The notes under the pieces are model-generated. The model had not been told where the DNA came from and ran no database searches. It saw nothing but the letters and a program-made list of their open reading frames with translations. From positions 1 to 64,000 of the IMG/VR virus record IMGVR_UViG_3300015608_002119: a stretch of DNA of 64,000 nucleotides. One strand, written 5' to 3'. Shown piece by piece: positions 9,812-17,759 of the stretch. The translations under genes were made by a program, and so were the position numbers. Positions within the stretch are counted from its first letter, which is position 1; each line of letters starts with the position of its first letter. Origin of the DNA: a virus (Duplodnaviria > Caudoviricetes).

Positions 9812-10746
9812 ACTGCCACCTTCGCCTTGATTGCTGGGTGGTACGCGTACCCATCAAGCCGGATATCGTCAAACCCGAACGAGTCAATGCTCTTGATATC
9901 AGGATTCAACCAGAGCTTGGGCATTGCGTACGGCTCTCTGGCTAGCTGTGTGTTGATCATTTCCATGTGGTTGCTGTAGACGTGCAAATCGCCAAACGAG
10001 TGAACGAACTCACCGACTTGAAGATCGCAGACATGTGCTATCATGTGCGTTAGCAGTGCATATGAAGCTATGTTGAACGGCATACCAAGAAACGCATCAC
10101 AGCTTCTTTGGTATAGGTGGCATGATAGTCTTCCATTGTCGACATAGAACTGGAACAAGATATGACACGGAGGCAGCGCTGACTTGTCGATGTCTGCCGG
10201 GTTCCATGCGGTAACAACCAGGCGCCTAGAGTCCGGGTTTGATTTGATCTGCGCGATGACGTTGGCAATCTGGTCGATCGTTGAAGGCTTGTCGTGTAAA
10301 ATGCAGCTACTGTCACTATAAAATTGAAACTGTGAACCTCTTTGAAGCTCAATGTCGGCCTTGGTTCCGTCTGCAAAGAACACGGGCTCGAACTTTGCAG
10401 GCTTCGGCTCTGGCTTTGGAACCGCCCACTTTCTCCACTGCTTCCCATAAACAGGACCCAGGTTGCCGTCCTTGTCGGCCCACTCGTTCCAGATGGTAAT
10501 CTTGTTCTGTTGGAGCCATTTAACGTTCGTGTCGCCTTTCAAAAACCACAAAAGCTCTCCAACGACCGAGTGAAAGTGGACTTTCTTGGTTGTGAGGATC
10601 GGGAAGCCTTTCGATAGGTCGTACCGTGCTTGCCGCCCAAACACGCTCGTTGTGCCAGTACCAGTTCGGTCAGACCTTTTCGTGCCATTCTCAAGCACGT
10701 CACGTATGAGGTTGAAGTAGGTTTCGTCTGCGTTGTTGTATGCCAT
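9808..10746 (-). CDS. thyA: Thymidylate synthase
   Basis: [37 protein letters not shown]. Confidence 0.97.
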   Translation of the reverse strand: MAYNNADETYFNLIRDVLENGTKRSDRTGTGTTSVFGRQARYDLSKGFPILTTKKVHFHSVVGELLWFLKGDTNVKWLQQNKITIWNEWADKDGNLGPVYGKQWRKWAVPKPEPKPAKFEPVFFADGTKADIELQRGSQFQFYSDSSCILHDKPSTIDQIANVIAQIKSNPDSRRLVVTAWNPADIDKSALPPCHILFQFYVDNGRLSCHLYQRSCDAFLGMPFNIASYALLTHMIAHVCDLQVGEFVHSFGDLHVYSNHMEMINTQLAREPYAMPKLWLNPDIKSIDSFGFDDIRLDGYAYHPAIKAKVAV

Positions 10747-10779
10747 GGCCTGACATACTACGCGCCAGTTAATAGAAGG

Positions 10780-11823
10780 TCAACCCTTCATGCGTTTTGG
10801 TAGTGAAATACCGGTTGCGGCAGGGTCTTTGAGCGACGACCCAGACCCAGCAAACCAACCGGCCTTGTTGATGTTATTGTTGACGGCCTTCTGTAAGTCT
10901 TTGTGGTAGCTTGGGCTGTTATCATCGCGAGCATGAATAAAGGTATCAGAGCCAAGTCGTTTGTTCCTGCCAATGAACTTGTAGCCCATTCTTTTCAGAA
11001 GCTCGCGATTGTAACCGGCCTCAATGAGCATGGATTCGTAGAGTTCTTGCAAGTCTTCTTCGTTAACAACATCGCGCATGCTGCATTCGCTTAGCGTTTT
11101 ACCAACAACAGCATCTGATGCCGGGTGTAGCAGGCCAAGCTCACGTACCCTGTCGAGTGTTTTGATTCCGTTGTCATAGTACACGGTGTTCATCGCACTC
11201 ATGAACTTGTCCTTGTTTGGACCTTTAAGCTCGGCGTTCCAGTCTGGATCAAGGTGATACTTTGGTTTGCAGTCGTCTGACGGATCATCCGGTGTCAGCT
11301 TGCCATCGGGATCTAGCGGTAAAGTCTTCACATCTGACCGGTTGCCGAAGTAATGATACCAGACACGAGCGGCATATTGCGACACGAGATGCCTGTCTGG
11401 CATCAAGCCGTCCTTGCCAGCCGCGGCCAAAGCCATGTCGTAAAGCATCGGTCCATACCCTTTGGCCGCATCAGATGCGTGCACAACGTAAGCTCCTCGG
11501 CAGTTGCCAGAAACGCCAGCCACCTTGCCAATGTTGATTTGGCCCCAAGGGAACAGCGGTTTGTCTGACTGTGGTTCGTGCCAACGTCCAACACCGGCCG
11601 GGTTGTCTGTGTATCTCTGAAAGTCGACCGCAGAAGCACCGTAGTAGCTTTGTATTGTCGCGCCGCGCTGATTACGGAGTTCGCCTCTTGGACTGACAAA
11701 CTGTATGGAGATTATACTGTTTTTCTTGGTGGTTACCAGTACGCGTACCTCAAAGTCTGGTCTACCAACACTTCTAACGTACTCATTAAACGCCACTATA
11801 TCTTCAGGTGTCTTTGCGGGCAT
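10780..11823 (-). CDS. GNAT-like acetyltransferase domain protein
   Basis: AAKGYGPMLYDMAL...GLMPDR..VS..AARVW; TATTTA box at 11829-11834 (minus strand). Confidence 0.55.
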   Translation of the reverse strand: MPAKTPEDIVAFNEYVRSVGRPDFEVRVLVTTKKNSIISIQFVSPRGELRNQRGATIQSYYGASAVDFQRYTDNPAGVGRWHEPQSDKPLFPWGQINIGKVAGVSGNCRGAYVVHASDAAKGYGPMLYDMALAAAGKDGLMPDRHLVSQYAARVWYHYFGNRSDVKTLPLDPDGKLTPDDPSDDCKPKYHLDPDWNAELKGPNKDKFMSAMNTVYYDNGIKTLDRVRELGLLHPASDAVVGKTLSECSMRDVVNEEDLQELYESMLIEAGYNRELLKRMGYKFIGRNKRLGSDTFIHARDDNSPSYHKDLQKAVNNNINKAGWFAGSGSSLKDPAATGISLPKRMKG

Positions 11824-12190
11824 ACCGGTAAATATCGGTTACCTCATGCGCCATCACAACGTACTCGCGCCTGCTGGCAGTGTCGCCTGACACTACTACC
11901 GACAACAGTTCCACGTACGGTTGCCCTGATGGCTTGGCGTGATACAACGCCTTCACAACGCCACTCACACTGCATCGTGCAATAACATCATTGTCATACT
12001 TTCTGTTTGATTCTGACAGTTTTTGCATCGCTGCGCAGATCCCTTTGGACAGCGAGAACTTGACAATATCACCCGGCGCCAGATCTGTGAAGACTGGGCG
12101 ATGATCGTTGTGAGATGCCACGCCTGCTTCTCTATTGTCTGCGCGCAACAACCGTTTGATACTTAACCACCAAGGATTAGCCATAACCAT
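11804..12190 (-). CDS. Hypothetical protein
   Basis: ORF fills the gap; no motif. Confidence 0.5.
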   Translation of the reverse strand: MVMANPWWLSIKRLLRADNREAGVASHNDHRPVFTDLAPGDIVKFSLSKGICAAMQKLSESNRKYDNDVIARCSVSGVVKALYHAKPSGQPYVELLSVVVSGDTASRREYVVMAHEVTDIYRYARKDT

Positions 12191-12195
12191 ATCTT

Positions 12196-14199
12196 ATGCA
12201 TCTCTCCTCCTCTCTTGGTTATGTTCCACTGATTAATCTCAGGGTGTTGAGCACTGATGCTGAGAGGGCACGTGGGTTCATGGGGTGGAAGGCGCCTCCA
12301 AACGACAAGTTCGGAATGTTGTTCAAACACGACCGTCCGAAAAGACAAAGCTACTGGATGAAAGACGTTCCATTTGACCTGGACGCCATAGGGTTTGACG
12401 AGAACAACCGGGCCGTTGAAGTGCTGCACCTGAAAGCCCACGACAAGACGCCTAGGAGGTTTATACGGGCCGTGCAAAACGTTGTTGAGGTCCGAGGCGG
12501 TTGGTGTCGAGAACATCGACTAGAAAAAGGCTGGGAGCTTCGTATGGGCATTGGGAACAATAGCGACATGACTGGTGTTGTTGACGAGGCCGCACGAACT
12601 CCGGAGTACGCATCATCAAAGAACATCGGTGCCTTGTGGGTGCCACCGGCTAGCCGCGACACGTCTGGCGCCGTGATATTGTGTTCGACCAATGCTGTTC
12701 AGAAGGACATGGGCGTGCATGGTGTGCTCAGACAGTCGAACATAGATCGCAGTGTTATTGTGGCCCAGGTCCGATTCATGATCGACCAGCACTACAACGA
12801 CCTATACCAAGCAAAGTACAGCTCGGCAACAAACAAGTTTGGTCCACTTGCTTATGAGATGTTACTGAACAAGCTGGCCAAGAACTACAACGGGTCTTGG
12901 CTGCACAGCGACAATCGTCTTTCGGCAGATGCCGCCAATGTGTGGGCCAAGTATTATGACCGGTCTGAGGCCGGTCAGGATATTGAACGTAAGTGGCTTG
13001 GTGATTGGGGCCTGATAAAAGCAGAGGACGCGTTTGACGCAATAGAAAATGACCTGCACGGGTCCGGGATTGATGTCGATGTGTCAACGGAGCAGGCATT
13101 CCTTACATTGCTCAAAAGGCTAAAAAACCACAACCTTGGCCCAAGGGACTTTGCTCATATGTGGGCTTATCGCCTGACGGCTGACAAGACAGAGATGTTT
13201 GCGCCGCTCTACCAGATCGGATCAAACATGGTCAATGATATCATCACGGCACAAGAGACTAGGCCCATCACTCGCAAGGAAGTTCTGGATATGTTTATGA
13301 CTGGCACGCTTGGCCACTTCTCAAGACTGTATGAAGACATGCCGCCAAAAGGCGACGTATCGTTGGCTGGAGTGTTGTATGCCGAAGCAGCCAGGACGTC
13401 GTTTGAGGCTGTGCACAATGAGATGGCCATACTGTTCACGTATGACAATCCCGCCGAAGACATAACAGTGACTCTTGTGTCTGTTGATGAGGTGGACGAT
13501 TTCATCTCTGTTGTGCGCAGCAAACCAAAGAATGCACGTCGTCTGACGGACTTGAAATGGTTGTTTGCCAACAAGGCCATTATAGGCTCAATCACGGCTA
13601 GACGCCGTCAAACAGACTTGTACGCGATTGATGCAACGGCAGCGACAGACAAGTATGGTCCGCTGCTATATGACCTGCTGATGGGGGCAATTTATCCGGC
13701 GTATCTAAGATCAGACACCAGACTTACGGCAGGGAGCCGAAACGTTTGGAACCAGATGTTCAGGCGCGATGATGTAGAGCGCGAATGGCTTGGTAACATA
13801 TCCAGCGTAATCGACATCAAGGAAACAATGCCTGCCGTGTTAAATGGCTGGGGGGCGTCTGCACGTGTTGCAGCCAGGGAATATGAGGAGAACCACCTGG
13901 ACTCCGAAACGGTTGAGAGTGGCGATGAGGCTTACAACAACTTCGTAGACTTCGTGCAGCGGCTATATCGAGTCAGCAAGGCCGATGGTGATAACATTGG
14001 CCCGTTCTTCGCTTATAGAAAGAAGCCAGGAAAGACAGAGCTTGGTGACTTCTCCAAGTTGTGGCGTCGAGGGATTGACATGGTGGATGAGCTGGCCAAG
14101 CTCTACGGCGTAACCAACAAGGATATACTCGACAAGGTCGACGAAGCAGGCCAGCTGCACTTCAACAACCTGTATATACCTCAGATCCGTAACACATGA
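12196..14199 (+). CDS. DUF192 domain followed by two tandem GNAT-like domains
   Basis: RARGFMG..GMLF..YWMKDVPFDLD..VVEVRGG; two GPLxYx..LxSDxRL....NVW repeats. Confidence 0.7.
   Translation: MHLSSSLGYVPLINLRVLSTDAERARGFMGWKAPPNDKFGMLFKHDRPKRQSYWMKDVPFDLDAIGFDENNRAVEVLHLKAHDKTPRRFIRAVQNVVEVRGGWCREHRLEKGWELRMGIGNNSDMTGVVDEAARTPEYASSKNIGALWVPPASRDTSGAVILCSTNAVQKDMGVHGVLRQSNIDRSVIVAQVRFMIDQHYNDLYQAKYSSATNKFGPLAYEMLLNKLAKNYNGSWLHSDNRLSADAANVWAKYYDRSEAGQDIERKWLGDWGLIKAEDAFDAIENDLHGSGIDVDVSTEQAFLTLLKRLKNHNLGPRDFAHMWAYRLTADKTEMFAPLYQIGSNMVNDIITAQETRPITRKEVLDMFMTGTLGHFSRLYEDMPPKGDVSLAGVLYAEAARTSFEAVHNEMAILFTYDNPAEDITVTLVSVDEVDDFISVVRSKPKNARRLTDLKWLFANKAIIGSITARRRQTDLYAIDATAATDKYGPLLYDLLMGAIYPAYLRSDTRLTAGSRNVWNQMFRRDDVEREWLGNISSVIDIKETMPAVLNGWGASARVAAREYEENHLDSETVESGDEAYNNFVDFVQRLYRVSKADGDNIGPFFAYRKKPGKTELGDFSKLWRRGIDMVDELAKLYGVTNKDILDKVDEAGQLHFNNLYIPQIRNT
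12200..12230 (-). repeat. AGTGGAACATAACCAAGA repeat with purine tail, copy 1
   Basis: 18-nt exact match to 29916-29933 (-) and 46661-46678 (+). Confidence 0.85.
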
Positions 14200-14228
14200 A
14201 ACTTGGCTACTTAGACCAATAAATCAAC

Positions 14229-15521
14229 ATGAAGAAAGCAACAATGACGTCAACACCATCATTCACCACTCTAACAAAACTGTTGTTTGAGCAAGAAATA
14301 GACCTCATGGCCGGTGCAACTCATTTGTCTGATGAGCAGGTTGCCGGTATCAATCGATCACTGGCCAAACTGGGAATTGCGCCTTTGGCCACATCTGTCC
14401 CCGCCGCTGAACTGGAAAACGAACTGGCTCCGGTCACGGAGGCAGGCTATAAGATACCCGGACGGGCGAACTCTAAAGACGTTTCGATCGCCCCGGAAAC
14501 GATCGAGCTAGCAAGGAAGTTCTACAAGGCTGGTAAGCAAGGCGAGAACTGGTATTACGACGCCGCCAAGACGCTTCAGGAGGGATTTGATGACGAGCAG
14601 GAGCTTGCCCTGTTTTCTCTTTTGCTGGCCGCAACGTCAGTGCAGACCGAGATCTACAGCAACTTCATTGAGGCCGGGCTTCTGTTTAACGCGATTATGT
14701 CCGACATGAAGAACCAGCCAGAGCTGCTCATGCGGTTTGTTGATGATCCAAAGGCCGCGGCGATGGATACAAAGACCGCCATGGCTAGCCAGTTCGCTTC
14801 ACTGGAGCTCTACAAGCAAGCCGCCGCAGCCAAGATCATTAACCTTCCTGCGAAATTTGGCAACGTATCTCGCGCCATCTCACTGATGTTCAACAACAGG
14901 CTCGATGCCAATACCGTCGTCAACATGATATCAAACTCTGTTGACCTTGACAGGAAGGGCAACTTCGACGCTAGATCACCATTCTTCCGAAAGCTGAAGA
15001 TCGCCAACTACGCGCTGACCCTACTCGATCCAGAATATGCCTCTACTGACAACAACTGGTTCAACGTAGTCGTTGACACCTGGATGATCAGGGTGTTTTA
15101 TCCGGGCAAGAACCCTGCCGAGGTGAAAAACCTACTTGGTAGCGAGCGAGCATATGCGGAAGTTGCGAGGGTTACCGCAGAGCTGGCGAACGAAGCGGGT
15201 GTGTCTCCTCATGCAATGCAGGCTGCGATCTGGCTTGGGATCAAGCGTGAAAAGGAAGGCGACCTTGGTGGTGTAACGGACTACGTGACAGCCATTAGGA
15301 AGTTGGGAGAGGATTACGCTTACCTGTGGAATGGTATCTCAAAGGAAACGGTCAAGCTGCGCGACGTAATTCGGAAGATCGATGTCGGTACGGCAAAGCA
15401 AGCCCTAAACGACATCAGGGCCACCAACATCCGTAACGTTATTAAGCGTCAGACGGCAGCGCGGCGGGCTGCCAAGGCGGCGGCTTCTTCTAGCACCACT
15501 GGTGAAACAACCGATATCTGA
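14229..15521 (+). CDS. Putative HhH DNA-glycosylase-like phage domain protein
   Basis: NWY..A, LAATS....SN, KIANY, VVVDTWMIR, P.AMQAAIW; leader LTKLLFEQ; TACTTA at 14208. Confidence 0.5.
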   Translation: MKKATMTSTPSFTTLTKLLFEQEIDLMAGATHLSDEQVAGINRSLAKLGIAPLATSVPAAELENELAPVTEAGYKIPGRANSKDVSIAPETIELARKFYKAGKQGENWYYDAAKTLQEGFDDEQELALFSLLLAATSVQTEIYSNFIEAGLLFNAIMSDMKNQPELLMRFVDDPKAAAMDTKTAMASQFASLELYKQAAAAKIINLPAKFGNVSRAISLMFNNRLDANTVVNMISNSVDLDRKGNFDARSPFFRKLKIANYALTLLDPEYASTDNNWFNVVVDTWMIRVFYPGKNPAEVKNLLGSERAYAEVARVTAELANEAGVSPHAMQAAIWLGIKREKEGDLGGVTDYVTAIRKLGEDYAYLWNGISKETVKLRDVIRKIDVGTAKQALNDIRATNIRNVIKRQTAARRAAKAAASSSTTGETTDI

Positions 15522-15530
15522 TCGTTGGTG

Positions 15531-15908
15531 CTACACCAACGACCCGTCGCGGCTGTCCTTGCCGTGAAGGTTTGGCGAGTCGGTCTTCACGTCAGACTCT
15601 TCATCTTCTAGCCCATCCCACAACCCAAGCATTGCAGGTCCATCGAAGTCTGGCTTGTGCATGCCTTCCGTCTTGAGTGAGGCCGTCTTGACCTTCCTGT
15701 TGGCGTCTCGTTTGCCCCAAAAGCCTTCCAGGCCCTTTTTAGACGCCCGCAAACCACCAGATCCGAGCGGAGCCGTATAACCAACAACGTTGCCAGCAGA
15801 GAGGGCGTTATATTCGTCCAGGGCCGCATCCTCGTCGCTGGTGATGTCTGAGACATCACTAAACAGAACTTGCTCCAGGATCCCAGCGTGTTTTGAACGA
15901 TTGGCCAT
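15531..15908 (-). CDS. Small putative head-internal protein
   Basis: TAGTTA upstream (15923-15928, minus strand); LDEYNALSAGNVVGYTAPLG. Confidence 0.55.
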   Translation of the reverse strand: MANRSKHAGILEQVLFSDVSDITSDEDAALDEYNALSAGNVVGYTAPLGSGGLRASKKGLEGFWGKRDANRKVKTASLKTEGMHKPDFDGPAMLGLWDGLEDEESDVKTDSPNLHGKDSRDGSLV

Positions 15909-15939
15909 ATATGAACCAACCCTAACTATTCCAAACACC

Positions 15940-16569
15940 ATGCAGGATAAAGCACATATAGCGATAGGCACACTGCTGTTCACTGAGAAACTAGAGCTTG
16001 TCAACTGGGATGAATACAAACGACTCGTTGCCGATGCATATGATAAAGCGCCCGAGTATGACGAACGCGCTGTGCCAGCATATCAAGCCATGTTGTCGGC
16101 ATGCGACCGGTTCTTCAAAATGATTGGTTCAAAGGTGAAGGTGGAGTTTGTTGACGGAGATCCGTATACGTCCCAGCAGCAAATGAAACAGGAAGTGGCA
16201 GCTACAAAAGTTCTGAAGGTGATGAAAGATTTTAGTGATCACCCGCTGTTTACCAAAGAACAGAATTGGAAATTCAGAGCCGTGCATGATTGGTTTACAC
16301 ACATCTTAACCAACCAGCCGTTCACACTAGAAGGTGAACTAAAGGCATACAACACGCACCTTAAGATGTTCCCACCAGCTTCATATCCAGCGCTGTTTAC
16401 CGAGATAGTTGGCCAAGTGTGTTATCAGACATCACACGGCAGTTTTCCAACACAAAAGGTTTGTGTGCTGGATGGGTTTGATTACAAGAATCTAGGCCAC
16501 GTAGAAGGACACACGATCCAAAACAAACAACTTATGAGAAACGACGCGTCCACTAACGCAACCGGTTAA
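15940..16569 (+). CDS. Metal-binding (zincin-like variant) polyvalent-type domain
   Basis: NWKFRAVHDWFTH...GE..AY..H...TEIVGQ; leader TLLFTEK. Confidence 0.55.
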   Translation: MQDKAHIAIGTLLFTEKLELVNWDEYKRLVADAYDKAPEYDERAVPAYQAMLSACDRFFKMIGSKVKVEFVDGDPYTSQQQMKQEVAATKVLKVMKDFSDHPLFTKEQNWKFRAVHDWFTHILTNQPFTLEGELKAYNTHLKMFPPASYPALFTEIVGQVCYQTSHGSFPTQKVCVLDGFDYKNLGHVEGHTIQNKQLMRNDASTNATG

Positions 16570-17179
16570 ATGTCGACTCAACTAACCGCTCAGAGCGAGT
16601 GCTGGCCTTGTATTCCATGAACACGAACGGCCGACCTTTAACGCGACTATACGCTTGAGCGATCGTGTCCGGGCTGAACGCCCCAAGTGCTACCGTTGAA
16701 CCATCGACCGTAAAGTACAACGTCACTTTGTTTGCGGTTTCCTTGCCAGCAAAAATACCAGCGTCCTGGTTGTATCTCACCAGCAGCTCTCGGAACAGGC
16801 CAAAGTCAATTTCAGGCACGAATAGCGTTGGTTCTGTGGTATCGATCAGCTGATCTTTCGGGCAGTCATCATACGGAACACCGACCACTTGGCACTCTTG
16901 CCAGTGACCTTCAAGGTTAAAGAACCCGAGCCCACGTGATCTTAATGTCGACTTGAGCTCTAAAAGGTCTGACTTGTTCTTTGCTGTAGAATTGCTAGCG
17001 CGCCATGACGTAAAGATTGCGAAGTTAGCGGCGCCACTGCGCATGGACATATAATGTTGCCATACGCGAGACAGGCTGGCCTCGTGCAGCTGTTTTCTAT
17101 TGCCACCTTGTTCTCTTGCGGCAAGCACATCAAGGAATGGAATAATCGATGAGAGCTTTGACTTTGGCATTGTGTTCAT
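16553..17179 (-). CDS. DUF3293-like phage protein
   Basis: LHEASLSRVWQH, FTSWR, LEGHWQE, EPTLFV, YNQD; TACTTA box at 17185-17190 (minus strand). Confidence 0.55.
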   Translation of the reverse strand: MNTMPKSKLSSIIPFLDVLAAREQGGNRKQLHEASLSRVWQHYMSMRSGAANFAIFTSWRASNSTAKNKSDLLELKSTLRSRGLGFFNLEGHWQECQVVGVPYDDCPKDQLIDTTEPTLFVPEIDFGLFRELLVRYNQDAGIFAGKETANKVTLYFTVDGSTVALGAFSPDTIAQAYSRVKGRPFVFMEYKASTRSERLVESTFNRLR

Positions 17180-17183
17180 GAGC

Positions 17184-17729
17184 CTAAGTACCTAGCTCCA
17201 GTTGCCTGCGTATATCATCCGGAACGCGCGTAACCATAACTGGCTCAAACCAGATCACCATGTCAATTCCACCAGCCGTGTAATAACACCCATCATATCG
17301 ATGGCCATCTGATCGCTTGACATAATCGGTATACTTGCCACTGGGGCCTCGTTCCCAGCCAGAGATCGACATCAGTAGCTTGTTGAAGTCGATCACACCG
17401 TACTGGTTGCGCGCAGCTTCAATTAGCCCTTCTGGGTCTTGCTTGAGGTTGTAGATGCTAGCGGCCGGTACTTTAGCAGAGTACAGCTTGTGGGAATGTT
17501 CGGTGAAGAACACTTCCTTTTGTGATGGATCAACATAAAAGAACGTCCTAGGAACGTTTGACCGCTCAGCTTCGCGACGACTGTATGCGTTCGGATTGTT
17601 TGTGATGCGAAACGGTTCGAGGAGAATCTGATCGGAGTCTGTTGTTGAGTAGTGGTACAACTCAACGAGTCCATCAGAGTTCGGGGACAGGGCTTCTGTG
17701 TAAAGGACGCGGCACAGCGAAACAGCCAT
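17184..17729 (-). CDS. ADP-ribosyltransferase-like (polyvalent-type) domain
   Basis: LYHYS, TFFY, YDGCYY, VIWFEP; leader VLYTEA; TATTTA box at 17736-17741 (minus strand). Confidence 0.5.
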   Translation of the reverse strand: MAVSLCRVLYTEALSPNSDGLVELYHYSTTDSDQILLEPFRITNNPNAYSRREAERSNVPRTFFYVDPSQKEVFFTEHSHKLYSAKVPAASIYNLKQDPEGLIEAARNQYGVIDFNKLLMSISGWERGPSGKYTDYVKRSDGHRYDGCYYTAGGIDMVIWFEPVMVTRVPDDIRRQLELGT

Positions 17730-17759
17730 GCCGTGTAAATAGGTTTGGTGTTTGCGAGC

